DNA from: Candidatus Thorarchaeota archaeon
GTDB taxonomy: Archaea; Asgardarchaeota; Thorarchaeia; Thorarchaeales; Thorarchaeaceae
Length of the DNA: 64,000 bases
Assembly: GCA_963726195.1 (NCBI GenBank)
Contig: CAVSBO010000005.1
Coordinates: forward strand, 32,001-96,000
Reading direction: 5' to 3'
Position 1 is the stretch's first letter, and every line of letters begins with the position of its first letter. Made by a program: the position numbers and the translations under genes. Under the pieces are notes generated by a model. The model saw only the letters and a list, made by a program, of their open reading frames with translations. It made no database searches and was not told the origin of the DNA. Of the stretch, positions 31,868 through 42,640 are shown piece after piece.

Positions 31868-34800
31868 TTAATGCTTGTCCCAGAACTGAGTAGACAAGCC
31901 GATGACTTCACCGCTGAGGAATCGAGAGTAGCCGGGTAGGCACTCTGCACCTGCATGACAGAGGTCGTGTCGCGCTAGAACGCCTATGTCACTCATCAGT
32001 ACAGCGAATGGGCACTCCTTCACCATCTGGGGCTTGAATGACCTCTGCGGCACTATCCTCTGTCGAGCAGCCATGTCGCCAGCAAGAGCACAGTCACTGG
32101 CGTTAGACTCGCTCAGGTGTGCGGTTGTTATTGATGAATGCTGTTTGACGAAGGAGAAGATTGTGACTGAGCTGATATACAGCGTCCAGTTATGGACCGC
32201 ATTCTGAAGCTCGAAACTTATGCTCTCTAGTGGTCCCTCACTGAAGCCTGGCGTGTCACTCAGCTTCCAGACACGTCTGGTCCAAGACACAACCGGCACG
32301 ACGTAGTCAGTATAGAAAGCGTAGTCCCCCTGTCTTTCGTCCTCTCTGTACCCAAAAGCCCTGCCTTCAAGGTCAGTTGTGTTGGCGCTCCATCTGACAC
32401 CAAGGTATAGGCCCTGTTGGCTAGAAAAGGTTGGTACATCCGTATATAGATGAAACCATACAGCGGGATTCGCTGCGTTCTTCCACTGCCCAACCCCGCC
32501 ATCACTCGTCAGTGGGTTGCCAGAGCTGACGCTCCACCCCATAGTGTTGTTGAACTCATCATGGTAGTGCACCACAATCTCTTCCACCGGAGTGTAGTTC
32601 AGCGGTTTCGTACCATAGATTCTCAGAGAATCCACGAAGAGTGTCCAGTTGTTGCTCAGGTTTTGGAAACTCAACCCAATGCACTCCAGCGGACCTTCAC
32701 TGTAGCCGGGCGTATGGGCAAGTTTCCAGACCTTGGTAAGCCAATCCACTTCAGGGTACAAGAAATCAGTATAGAATGCATAGCCCCCTGCTCTCTCGTT
32801 GTCCTTGTACCCAAAGACTCTGCCCTCAAGGTTTGTTGTGTTCGCCCTCAGTCTGACTTCCAAGTAAAGGTCTTCCTGGCCTGAAAACGATACTCGGTCC
32901 GTGAAGAGCTCAAACCATGCGCTTGGATTCTTATGGTTCTCGTAGAATGCTACTTGTCCGTCGGACTCCGGCTCATTCCCATCATTGACGTACCATGAAG
33001 TGACATTGTTGAACTCATCATGGTAGTACAGATGCACTTCGTTCTTGACGAGTATCATGACATTGCCAAACTGCTGCACAAGCGTATATCTGGGCTCGAA
33101 GAACTTCGACCAAGCTGGGTCGCTCATGGGAAGCCTTGAGATAAAGTCGGCAAACTCAATCGGATTGTTGTTACGCTGTCGCCAAATCCATTCACTGGTC
33201 CTCGGTGATATGACTATGTAGGTCACACCACCCATGTAGGAAGAAATATCGTTATCGCTGGATGTGTCATCCCAAGAGCTCGCATTCAGAAACGCGTAGA
33301 TTCGTTGCCACAGATAGTTTGGCTTTTGGATCATGTAGAAACCATCGTTTGTAATCATGGAACACGAACAGTTCCTGAGAACGAACCCATTCATTATGAA
33401 ACCAGTCGTGGGGTCAGTCAGAATGTAGCCTCCTTGGGGCATCCTCTCTCGAAGCCACTCGAAAGCCTCAAGCTCCTCAAGCCGCGGGCTGTGAGGCTCC
33501 CATCTCATTCCCTCGTTCATCACTTCTGCTGTCGGGTATGCAGACGCGATTAGAATCGCTGCAACTGCAAACACTAAAGCACCTCTTGAGATTCGACTTC
33601 TGAGGGGCCTCAATCGCTTAGAACGATTCAGGATGTGTTTTCCGGCTCTTACAACTGAGAATGCTCCCACTACCATGCAGAGGAATAAGAACGGCCGATT
33701 GTACATGTCGAGTCGGAACGCAGCACCTACGGGCAAGAAAAAGCCCACCAAGTAAAGGCTAGTGAGGAGCAACAGACCCCTCCGATCAAATGTTGCATCG
33801 TCATTGTCTGCTGCGAAGCCCAGCACATAGATTGCTAGCGAACCAAGGCCACAGATGAGGAGGATTATCTGTAGGGGATTGTAGGCAAGCAGAAGAAGCT
33901 CAACTTGTTGTGATAAGGTTGGTCCGAGCGTAAAAACAATCGACCCGATTGTGAGAGTCCATTGCGCTGTTCCGAAGAACGGAATGGTCAGATAGTAGAT
34001 TAGGATGGAAACGGCTCCGACAAGAGTAACTACTGCAATCACAATGGGGACTGCCCGTCTCACTCGATCGGAGTCCGATTTCCGGCTCCAGAAGTAAGCA
34101 ACAGCGGGCGGTGTCCCCATGATCATGTAAGGGTATGCAACGACCGCACTGCAATATGAAAGAAGCGCTACAAACTGTATCATTCTTGTACGCGGGACAG
34201 TGTCAAGTGCAAGTATGACTAGGATAGTGACTGTGTATGCGTAGGTGGACGGTAACATGTACTGAGGTCCCAGCAACGCGCCGGATGCGGCAACGAAAGG
34301 AAACAGGACTGCGGCCATTGCGGACTTCAACCTGCTTCCCGAGACCGCGTCGCAGAGAAAGTAGGTCAGCGTCAACGAAATAGGATACGTGACAATGGTG
34401 CCATAAGCGAGGATTGGATACGGGTCCAACCCCGCGATGATTGCTATGGACGAGAGGATGGCATGGAAACCTAGAGAGTACCCCGGGAACATGACGCTGT
34501 ATCCCCCGTATTCGAAAATGGACTCTGCCATCGTAAGATGAATGAAGACATCGGATCCGTAGGATTCCGGCCATGTTATCCAAGAGAGGCGCCACAACAC
34601 GACTGCTAGGCCCACGACTAGGCAGATCACTGCTGGAATGAATGGCAGAATTCGTGTTTCTCTGCTGACCCCATTGAGTGAGGGATTCGGCGAGTCTGGT
34701 GATGATGCCCGAACAAATGCTACCAAGTCGGATATCACAACCACGATAACAACAATGGTTCCAACATGTCCTAGAGCCCAGAGATAACTCAGGGTTATCG

Positions 34801-35068
34801 CCAAGCTTGAGGTGAAAACTACGCTGATGAGTGAGTCGAGGACAGCTTGTCCTAACCTAGGGTAGATGTCGAGTCTCGAGCTGACAAGCCCAAGGGGTCC
34901 TAATCTCAGTGAATTGCCTACGACAAAGAATACGAGGATGAAGGCCAAGACTGCTGTTATGGGTTTCATGCCGGACAGTCCTGAGAGTCCGATCCCGAGT
35001 ATTATCGCATAGTGGAATGCTATTGACTTCCCCTTTGACACGGCATACGCAAGATGAACCTGCCTCAA
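31868..35068 (-). CDS. Large GT-C/AglB-like membrane protein with two tandem C-terminal beta-rich domains
   Basis: GSDVFIHL loop, many TM segments, EAFEWLRERMP..ILTDPTTG soluble domain, internal repeat. Confidence 0.65.
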   Translation of the reverse strand: MRQVHLAYAVSKGKSIAFHYAIILGIGLSGLSGMKPITAVLAFILVFFVVGNSLRLGPLGLVSSRLDIYPRLGQAVLDSLISVVFTSSLAITLSYLWALGHVGTIVVIVVVISDLVAFVRASSPDSPNPSLNGVSRETRILPFIPAVICLVVGLAVVLWRLSWITWPESYGSDVFIHLTMAESIFEYGGYSVMFPGYSLGFHAILSSIAIIAGLDPYPILAYGTIVTYPISLTLTYFLCDAVSGSRLKSAMAAVLFPFVAASGALLGPQYMLPSTYAYTVTILVILALDTVPRTRMIQFVALLSYCSAVVAYPYMIMGTPPAVAYFWSRKSDSDRVRRAVPIVIAVVTLVGAVSILIYYLTIPFFGTAQWTLTIGSIVFTLGPTLSQQVELLLLAYNPLQIILLICGLGSLAIYVLGFAADNDDATFDRRGLLLLTSLYLVGFFLPVGAAFRLDMYNRPFLFLCMVVGAFSVVRAGKHILNRSKRLRPLRSRISRGALVFAVAAILIASAYPTAEVMNEGMRWEPHSPRLEELEAFEWLRERMPQGGYILTDPTTGFIMNGFVLRNCSCSMITNDGFYMIQKPNYLWQRIYAFLNASSWDDTSSDNDISSYMGGVTYIVISPRTSEWIWRQRNNNPIEFADFISRLPMSDPAWSKFFEPRYTLVQQFGNVMILVKNEVHLYYHDEFNNVTSWYVNDGNEPESDGQVAFYENHKNPSAWFELFTDRVSFSGQEDLYLEVRLRANTTNLEGRVFGYKDNERAGGYAFYTDFLYPEVDWLTKVWKLAHTPGYSEGPLECIGLSFQNLSNNWTLFVDSLRIYGTKPLNYTPVEEIVVHYHDEFNNTMGWSVSSGNPLTSDGGVGQWKNAANPAVWFHLYTDVPTFSSQQGLYLGVRWSANTTDLEGRAFGYREDERQGDYAFYTDYVVPVVSWTRRVWKLSDTPGFSEGPLESISFELQNAVHNWTLYISSVTIFSFVKQHSSITTAHLSESNASDCALAGDMAARQRIVPQRSFKPQMVKECPFAVLMSDIGVLARHDLCHAGAECLPGYSRFLSGEVIGLSTQFWDKH
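32153..33034 (-). repeat. Intragenic tandem domain repeat (2 copies, 459-bp / 153-aa period)
   Basis: YHDEFNN...ANTT.LEGR.FGY...YAFYTD...VWKL..TPG.SEGPLE...NWTL occurs twice. Confidence 0.92.
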
Positions 35069-35329
35069 GACAATCCTCTCTGGTCAGAGAACGAGAGCAC
35101 TCAAATCCCATGCATCTTAAGAGGATAGTGCAATGACCTACTGCCCGAGGTCTCCGTACGAGCTTTACTTGATAGCCACTCGGGCTGGTGTTTCGCTCCG
35201 AATCCAGAAACTGCGAACAGGAACACTGGCCTACTTCCCTTCATCTGTTCTACCTTATGATGCTGCGAGTCGACTTCAATTCATGCCTGAGTTATCTTCT
35301 CAACTGGACGGAGCAAGGTTCCATCGATG

Positions 35330-36292
35330 TCAATGTGATGAGGATTGACCCGCACTGCGGACCCAGTCGACTGTTCTCTTGAGGCCATTCTCGATGTCTG
35401 TCTTGGGGGAGTAGCCCAAATCCTTCCTCGCTTTCTCTATTCCTGCAAGGCTATCTCGAACATCTCCGACGCGAGAGGGGTGAGATTCTATTGCTGAAGA
35501 GGATCCACAGAATCGTAGGATTTTGTCTGCAAATCCCTTATGGATATCCGACCACCACCCCCGACATTGTAGACTTGGCCCCTTGACACCGGTTTGGTTG
35601 CCGCGAGCACGTTGCAGGTCACGACATCATCAACGAACACGAAGTCTCTTGTCTGCTTGCCATCACCTTCAACTGGTATTGAAGCGTTTTGAAGAGCTTT
35701 GGAGATGAAAATCCAGGTCACACCTGCATCAGCTCCCGCTTCTTAGCCTCGGGCCGTAGACATTGAAGTATCTAAGTGCAGTAGTGTTCAGTCCATATGT
35801 GGAGCAGAAGCTCATGGTAAGATTCTCTGCAGCCAGTTTGGAAACCGCATAGGGCGAGATGGGACCCGGAGACATAGTCTCGACTGTGGGCAGTGTCAGT
35901 GTGTCACCGTAGACTGCGCATGACGAAGCGACCACTACCTTTTCGATGTCCGCCTTGCGGCACTCGTCCAAGATTATGGCCGTGCCCATCACATTCGTGT
36001 CCATGACAAGGAGAGGATCTTCCACAGAGAGTGGCACACTCACTTTGGCTGCCTCATGGAAAACGAGAGAAACTTCCTTGAGGGACTGTCTCACAGCATC
36101 TCCATCCCTAATATCCGCGACCAAAAGCTCGAACCTATTATTACCTATCCACTGTTCACAATTCCTCAAGTCGCCGGTGCTCTTGTCGTCCAGAACTCTG
36201 ACTCTCGCCCCGACGTTCATTAGTGGATCAACTATGTGAGAACCGATGAAGCCCAAGCCACCGGTCACCAAGACTTGCGTATCTTTGAGCAA
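35330..36292 (-). pseudogene. NAD-dependent epimerase (UDP-glucose 4-epimerase-like) broken by two frameshifts
   Basis: TGGLGFIG, YAVSK, RYFNVYG; frameshifts at about 35730 and 35530; GDGKQTRDF and R.GDVRDS in the later frames. Confidence 0.75.
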
Positions 36293-36502
36293 GTTGATAA
36301 CGCCGTGTTCCCAGTTCGCTAACTTACGAAAATGTCACAATTGATATATGTTTGGCTGCCTGCGTACTCCTCTTGCCTGTAGCGCCGCAAGAGTCCCCTC
36401 TAGGGCTTTTCACAGTCGCCCTTGAGTCACCAATGTTCATGGACTGAGTTCTGTTCCCGCTGTTTTGCATCCAACATCCCGCGGATCACCTCCCGAATCA
36501 GA

Positions 36503-37195
36503 CTAATCTTCTTTTCTCTGACCCGCAGTTCTCTTAGCAATCGGCACGGGAATACCCACTATGGCCATGACTGGCATGTGAAGAAGCCCGGCTCCTCGAT
36601 AAGACTCGCGGAGCTGTTCCAGAAACCGGGGCTCACACTCCTGTTGAGCAGCAACATCAGAATGTAGGCTGCATTTGCCGGCGCGATGACCAGAGTTCCT
36701 GCTATGGCCTAATGCATTTGGGGCATCAGTCCGACAATCTGTGGCGTGACAATATATGCGACTACTACAGCCAATGTGATACCTAGTAGCTCCTTGGGCA
36801 GTCAGATTCCCAATGATCTCTTTACCCAGACTTGGCCGGCTAGTAGGCCGACGAAGCCTCCCAAGAGAAGTGAGAAAACAAACGCGAGGATCCCAATGCG
36901 CGGCGCCAAAGGCATTCCGACAGATAATACAACAGCCATGTCAGTCCCCAGATCGCTGTTTCCCTTCAAGGGTGCCCTTGCCCTTTCAGCAGGCCCCAGT
37001 CACAATGCTGCCGATTGCTGTGCCAACGAATGAAATGAGGTTGAGGGTCAGGTACTCCACTGGAAGTTCGTGGCCCTTACCGAATAGGAGCTGCACTGCA
37101 AAGAGCGGGACCGGCATCACATTGGCTCAAAGGCCTGCAGTATTGAGGATATTCAGGATGGTCATAGCGAGTGTCTTGCGAACGTCTCTGGCTTA
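36503..37195 (-). pseudogene. Decayed paralog of the flippase at 30212-31819
   Basis: VPLFAVQLLFGKGH..VEYL and PQIV..MPQMH*...RSVSPGF..EQLRESYRG; in-frame stops, frameshifts and internal deletions. Confidence 0.85.
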
Positions 37196-37207
37196 GGCTA
37201 CACCTCG

Positions 37208-38959
37208 TTACAAACGGTTGTACAACACGACAGACATTCCCGCATTATTGTAGACCTCTAAATTTCCGGCCGCTATGAGATACTGATATAGAGGCTCATT
37301 GGCCGTGACCACAACGAAGATTCTCGCGCCGTGGCTATCAATATACTTCATCGCAGCAGACCATGAGCCACTCCTCAGAGTATCGTTGGCAAAGGACGGC
37401 AGCGGGTAGAGAACTGCTTGTGCAATGTTTGTTGACCCAAGGTTGACCCAAGAATCATATACATAGACTGAGTCTGCCCTTATGTTCGAACCCGCAATCC
37501 ATTCTAGTGTGTCTAGGCCTGTAGTGCTAATGTAGCGATGGCCGGAGTAGTCGTAGCTACAGCCGTAGAAGAGCTGAGCGGAGATTATCAGCAGGAATAC
37601 CATTGCCTTCTTGGCGCTGCCACTTCTAAGAAGGGGTGTCTCTACCGAAGAGCTGGTCACGGTGTCTTCTAGGCCAACGTAGACGTGGCCAATGATGATC
37701 ATGGCTGGAAAGACGATGAATGTTGCAGCCCGCGGAGCGCCGACACGAAAGAAGAGGATAGGGATGAACGCAGACAGAGCCCAGAGGACACATACCCCCC
37801 AGCCTATGTATGCCCACTTGCTTTTCCGAGGACCCAGCAAATATCTTGAAACACCTACCAATGAGACACCAAAGAGGACAGGCCCGAGTGAGTAGGTGAC
37901 AAGACTATTGAGCGAGTCACGGACTATCGCAAGTGCCGTTCCTCCTTGATCCGATAACATGCTTTCTCCGTAGAAACCATACCTTGCAATGAGATCGGTG
38001 TTCATGAGCAGAGCTACCAGCAGAGGAGAGAGAAGAAGGACTACAGTGACGCAGTAGCGTGCGACACCCCTTGCATCGGCCACGATTGTACTCCTATGAG
38101 GTCTCCTAATCTCTGACAGCATCCAGATTCCAAATGCGACTAGTGCTGTTGTCGGGTGGACTGCGACAAGACCGGCGAGCAAGAGGGCAGTCAAGGGAAC
38201 CGACCGTTGCTCGTAGATGTAGACGTAGGACAGAAAGACTACAAAGAGGAGGAGTGCCTCTGTTTCTGGAGTCGCAAGTCTGCCTCTGAACTGCAACAGG
38301 TTCCCAACTGCGAAGCCTAAGCTTGCGATGGATGCAACCCGCCATTGACCACCAAAACACTTCAGTGTGGCTCTGTAGACAGCGAATGTTGTCACCGCAG
38401 ACAATGCTGGGCCTATGAACCTGATTACCCCGTACACCACTTGATACGTTGGAGTGTCTGCGCTGATTAGGGAGGTCAGCAAGACAAAGCCAAGGGGATA
38501 TGCGCCAGCTAGAGAGTAATCGATGCCGCCTGTAGCAAGCAACACTCTTGTGTGGTACAGCCAGAACCAAGGATCCACTTCCGGGAGAGGTTCCTCAATG
38601 AGCACGGCATTCAATCTTAAGAGAAGTGAGAAGAGTGATATGACTAGGGGTAACAGCAGGCCATAGACTGATTCTCTGCCGATAGCGGGTCGGATTCTCT
38701 CTATCCCTCCTTTGGGACTCCAAATCTGGAGTGCAACCACGAAAGCCAGAGTGAGAGCCAAGGCAATGCATATCGCGGCAGCACTGAAGCCGACGGAGAG
38801 GATTACCAAATAGCCAATGATGGGCAGGATGGAGAAGCCGCAGGCTAGGCCTACTATTATGACAGCAGTCAGCGAGGGTGGTTCACCAGTCCAAAGTCTT
38901 ACTGCCAGTAATGTGCCAATTGCCACTGTCGCGCACACTGCAAGAAAGGAGGCAATCAA
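37208..38959 (-). CDS. STT3/AglB-like (GT-C) membrane protein
   Basis: EVDPWFWLYHT first-loop motif, YPLGF, TPET, HPTT, TLEWI; about 14 TM segments. Confidence 0.6.
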   Translation of the reverse strand: MIASFLAVCATVAIGTLLAVRLWTGEPPSLTAVIIVGLACGFSILPIIGYLVILSVGFSAAAICIALALTLAFVVALQIWSPKGGIERIRPAIGRESVYGLLLPLVISLFSLLLRLNAVLIEEPLPEVDPWFWLYHTRVLLATGGIDYSLAGAYPLGFVLLTSLISADTPTYQVVYGVIRFIGPALSAVTTFAVYRATLKCFGGQWRVASIASLGFAVGNLLQFRGRLATPETEALLLFVVFLSYVYIYEQRSVPLTALLLAGLVAVHPTTALVAFGIWMLSEIRRPHRSTIVADARGVARYCVTVVLLLSPLLVALLMNTDLIARYGFYGESMLSDQGGTALAIVRDSLNSLVTYSLGPVLFGVSLVGVSRYLLGPRKSKWAYIGWGVCVLWALSAFIPILFFRVGAPRAATFIVFPAMIIIGHVYVGLEDTVTSSSVETPLLRSGSAKKAMVFLLIISAQLFYGCSYDYSGHRYISTTGLDTLEWIAGSNIRADSVYVYDSWVNLGSTNIAQAVLYPLPSFANDTLRSGSWSAAMKYIDSHGARIFVVVTANEPLYQYLIAAGNLEVYNNAGMSVVLYNRL

Positions 38960-39694
38960 TGGACTTCGAACACCAGCACGCTCGTAGAGCTAGCAAACTT
39001 CGGCTTTTATCTCTTAGCCACGAATGTGCAATCTGCTTTGTAGGCCGTCTGTCAAACAGCATATGCTGGCTGGGCTCTCATCCCGACACTCTGTAAGTGA
39101 AGGACGCGTAACGAAAGCGTGCGATACGATTCGTGAAGGTTTGTTCCGGATGAGCCAAACGTTATACTCATACATGGAGGAGGTAACTCATCTATGACGA
39201 CCTGCTTGGGGATTTGGGGCTTAGTTGGGACTTGGTGCATTGCCACAGTACTCCAACTCAGAGACACACCTTCTCCATCGGGTTCGCGGACGAATTGAAT
39301 GCACCTGAGAATTTCTGTCTGGAAGTGGGCCCGCTTCTCCAATTGCAGAACCATTGGCGTGAAGCATGTGCATAAGAAACTCTTGTTGGTGTTCACAGAA
39401 ACTGAGAACCCCTTTTGCCTTCCACGCTTGCGGTAGGTCGTTAGGGACCCGCCCTTCATAGCTATGTAGGAAGCGAGGTTCACTTCAGCTCTCCTATTCT
39501 CCAGCGGCACAGGTCGTCTGCAGTCCTTACAGCGATGTTATCCCATAATACTGTAGACTTGGCATGTGAGAATAGGCAACGCTTCAATCACTCTGGTTCA
39601 GAACGGCTTCCGGCTGTCTGCCTCGAGGTTCACGGTAGGCCTTATCTTTACGGGGTTCTGACCCGTTGGCGGCAATGGGTGCGCATGCCGAGTA

Positions 39695-41155
39695 TCAGGG
39701 TTGCGACTTGATGCTGTCCTCAATCAAGTCTCTAACGTGAAACACACCTACGAGGTTCGTCCGTCCCGGAATGTGTCGTATGCCAGATGTGAACACGACG
39801 TCCTTGTCACTGCCAATCAATCCCATGCCGTGAACGGTGCGGACTGCTTCACGAATGATGTCGTCTACATTGTCAATATCCTGATAGTACTGGACCGGGT
39901 GCACTCCCCACAACAATCTGAGTTTCCTCACTACGGCTGGATCGTAGGTCACTGCGAATATGTCAGCCGGAGGTCGGAACTTCGATATCCATCTGGCGGT
40001 AAAACCGGTTCGAGTGGCTGTGATAATGCCATCAATGTTTTGAGGAATAAGCGTGACTGCATTGTACACTAGGTTCCCAATGATTTCAACAATCGCCTTT
40101 CGTGGCGAGGTCATGTCGGCAGGATTCACCTGTGTGATTCTCTTCTCTGCCTTGGTCACAATCCTGTTCATCATATCGACGACACCAACGGGATCTACTC
40201 CCATTGCGGTCTCCCCGCTGGTCATCACTGCGTCAGCCCGGTCGAAGATGGCATGTGCCACGTCGCTGACTTCTGCCCTGGTAGGCAACGTTTCGTGAGT
40301 CATTGATTCGAGCATGTGCGTGGCCACAATGACTGGCTTGGCCCACATGTTTGCTTTCCTAATGAGATCACGTTGAAGGACTGGGACATCCTCCATGGGC
40401 ACCTCTATGCCTAAGTCGCCGCGTGCGACCATTACTCCATCAGACTCGTTCAGAATCTCTTCATATTTCTCAATTGCCAGTCTGTGTTCGATTTTGCTGA
40501 TCACCCAGGCGCTAGAAGGCCCATTAGAGATGATTATCTCCTTGACATGTTTCACCTCACCGGAGTCAGTCACGAACGATAGTGCAATGAAGTCTGGCTC
40601 CAATTCAGCTGCAAGGTCAAGATCCTCGAGATCCTTTTCCGTCGGGATTGAACACGAGAGCTTGATACCGGGAATATTCACGCCCTTCTTGCTTGAGATG
40701 GTTCCCCCGTGTACAACCTCGGTGGTGACTTCGGGAGCGCGGACCTTCTTCACGACAAGCCTGATTATACCGTCGTTTATCGCGATAGTGTCTCCCGGCT
40801 TCACATCTTGAGGAAGCTCCTTGTGTGAAATCGAAACACGTGTCTGGTCACCGACGAAGTCCTCCGTTGAAATGATGAACTTCTGGCCGGCTTGGAGCTC
40901 AGCAGGAGCTTTCATGTCTCCAATCCGAATCTTCGGTCCCTGCAGGTCGAACATGATAGCCAGAGTGTCGTCTATGGACCGGATTGTCTCAAACGCTTCC
41001 TTTGCAGAGCTGTGATCATCATGAGAGAGGTTCAACCTTGCAACATCCATGCCGGCCTCAATCATTCCGGTCAGCACTTCTTTTGACCTCGAGGCTGGTC
41101 CAATCGTGCATACTATCTTTGAACGCGTCTTGTCAGGTTGCATAGGTCGAATCAC
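39695..41155 (-). CDS. pyk: Pyruvate kinase
   Basis: KIVCTIGPAS, DLQGPKIR, SKIE, MVARGDLG, PTRAEVSD, SGETA. Confidence 0.97.
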   Translation of the reverse strand: MIRPMQPDKTRSKIVCTIGPASRSKEVLTGMIEAGMDVARLNLSHDDHSSAKEAFETIRSIDDTLAIMFDLQGPKIRIGDMKAPAELQAGQKFIISTEDFVGDQTRVSISHKELPQDVKPGDTIAINDGIIRLVVKKVRAPEVTTEVVHGGTISSKKGVNIPGIKLSCSIPTEKDLEDLDLAAELEPDFIALSFVTDSGEVKHVKEIIISNGPSSAWVISKIEHRLAIEKYEEILNESDGVMVARGDLGIEVPMEDVPVLQRDLIRKANMWAKPVIVATHMLESMTHETLPTRAEVSDVAHAIFDRADAVMTSGETAMGVDPVGVVDMMNRIVTKAEKRITQVNPADMTSPRKAIVEIIGNLVYNAVTLIPQNIDGIITATRTGFTARWISKFRPPADIFAVTYDPAVVRKLRLLWGVHPVQYYQDIDNVDDIIREAVRTVHGMGLIGSDKDVVFTSGIRHIPGRTNLVGVFHVRDLIEDSIKSQP

Positions 41156-41338
41156 TCCATCCGGTCATCCGGGTTGCTGCGATTGCGAAATTTCCATAAT
41201 AGGGCTTGCTTTTGGCTTCATGTTCAGGTCTAAGGCCATAGGTACTCACTTGTTCGCATGGATGAGGATAAATCCCGGCAGTTGTTGCTCTGCTACAACG
41301 CAACCAGTAGTCAGACCGTCCAAGTCTTGGTGACCGTT

Positions 41339-42637
41339 ATGGTGCAATTCAAGTCAGTGAAATCAATAGAGATTCTCGATTCTCGCGGCAATCCAACTCT
41401 GATGACGAAGGTACTGCTGTCTGATGGGACAGCGGGGATTGCCAAGATTCCCAGCGGTGCCTCTACGGGCACCCGCGAAGCCTTAGAGCTTAGGGACGGA
41501 GACAAGAGATACGGTGGAAAGGGAGTACAGAAGGCTGCGAACAATGTGAACGCGGTCATAGCGAAGGCTATCACTTCGGTGGACCCTCTTTCTCAGCGCA
41601 ATCTTGATGCTGCTTTGCTAAAGCTGGATCCGAGCAAGGGAAAGAGCAAGCTCGGCGCCAACGCAATACTTTCGGTGTCGATGGCAACTGCAGTTGCTGC
41701 AGCAAATCATCTCAAGATGGGGCTCTTTGAATATCTCAGAACGAAAGTGATTGGAAAGGCCCCCACTTATCAGATGCCCGTGCCACTGTCCAACGTCATC
41801 AATGGCGGTGCGCATGCGGGCAACGACCTAGCCATACAGGAGTTCATGATTCTGGCGCTTGGGGCTGCAGATATCCGTGAAGCCATTCGATACACGAGCG
41901 AGGTGTATCAAGCATTAGGAAAGCAGATGATAACGAAGTACGGACGCATGGCAAGGCACGTAGGCGACGAAGGCGGTTACTGCGGGTACGGACTAAAGAC
42001 CACAAGAGATGCATTTGACGAGATTGTCCAAGCCATTTCGGCCGCGGGCTATCAGCCTGGGAAGGATGTTGTGCTGGCCATCGATTCTGCTGCAAGCGGA
42101 TTCTACAAGGACGGGAAGTACACTGTCGACGGTAAAGCCATGGACCCCTCCAGTCTGGTAGACTATTACTTGGACTTAGAGAAGACATATCCACTGAGAA
42201 GCTTCGAAGATCCCTTCCATGAGGAAGCCTTCGACACGTTCGCGGAACTCACTCGAAAGACTCATTCTCAAGTGGTAACTGACGATCTCACCGTATCCAA
42301 CCCTGCTACAGTTCAGAAGGCCATAGAAGCGAAAGCGGGCAATGCTTTGCTCCTGAAGCTGAACCAGATTGGCACTGTGACTGAGGCAATCGATGCAGCA
42401 AACATTGCGAACAAGGCCGGATGGCCAGTCGTTGTCAGTCACAGGAGTGGTGAGACTGGCGATACTTTCATTGCTGACTTGGTGGTTGCTTTGTCGACTG
42501 GTCAGATAAAGAGTGGAGCGCCTGCCCGTAGCGACAGAGTTGAGAAGTACAACAGGCTCCTTGAGATTTATGACCTGCTTGATGGCAAGTGCGGCTATCC
42601 GGGACCTGACTTTATGAAAGCTTGGAGGAAGTACTAA
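41339..42637 (+). CDS. eno: Enolase
   Basis: EILDSRGNPT, PSGASTG, GDEGG, VSHRSGET, GQIKSG. Confidence 0.98.
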   Translation: MVQFKSVKSIEILDSRGNPTLMTKVLLSDGTAGIAKIPSGASTGTREALELRDGDKRYGGKGVQKAANNVNAVIAKAITSVDPLSQRNLDAALLKLDPSKGKSKLGANAILSVSMATAVAAANHLKMGLFEYLRTKVIGKAPTYQMPVPLSNVINGGAHAGNDLAIQEFMILALGAADIREAIRYTSEVYQALGKQMITKYGRMARHVGDEGGYCGYGLKTTRDAFDEIVQAISAAGYQPGKDVVLAIDSAASGFYKDGKYTVDGKAMDPSSLVDYYLDLEKTYPLRSFEDPFHEEAFDTFAELTRKTHSQVVTDDLTVSNPATVQKAIEAKAGNALLLKLNQIGTVTEAIDAANIANKAGWPVVVSHRSGETGDTFIADLVVALSTGQIKSGAPARSDRVEKYNRLLEIYDLLDGKCGYPGPDFMKAWRKY

Positions 42638-42640
42638 GCC

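Noticed and set aside
39052-39510. 152-aa ORF in the 39-kb intergenic region
   Set aside because: No recognisable motifs or start signals; likely spurious or decayed sequence.
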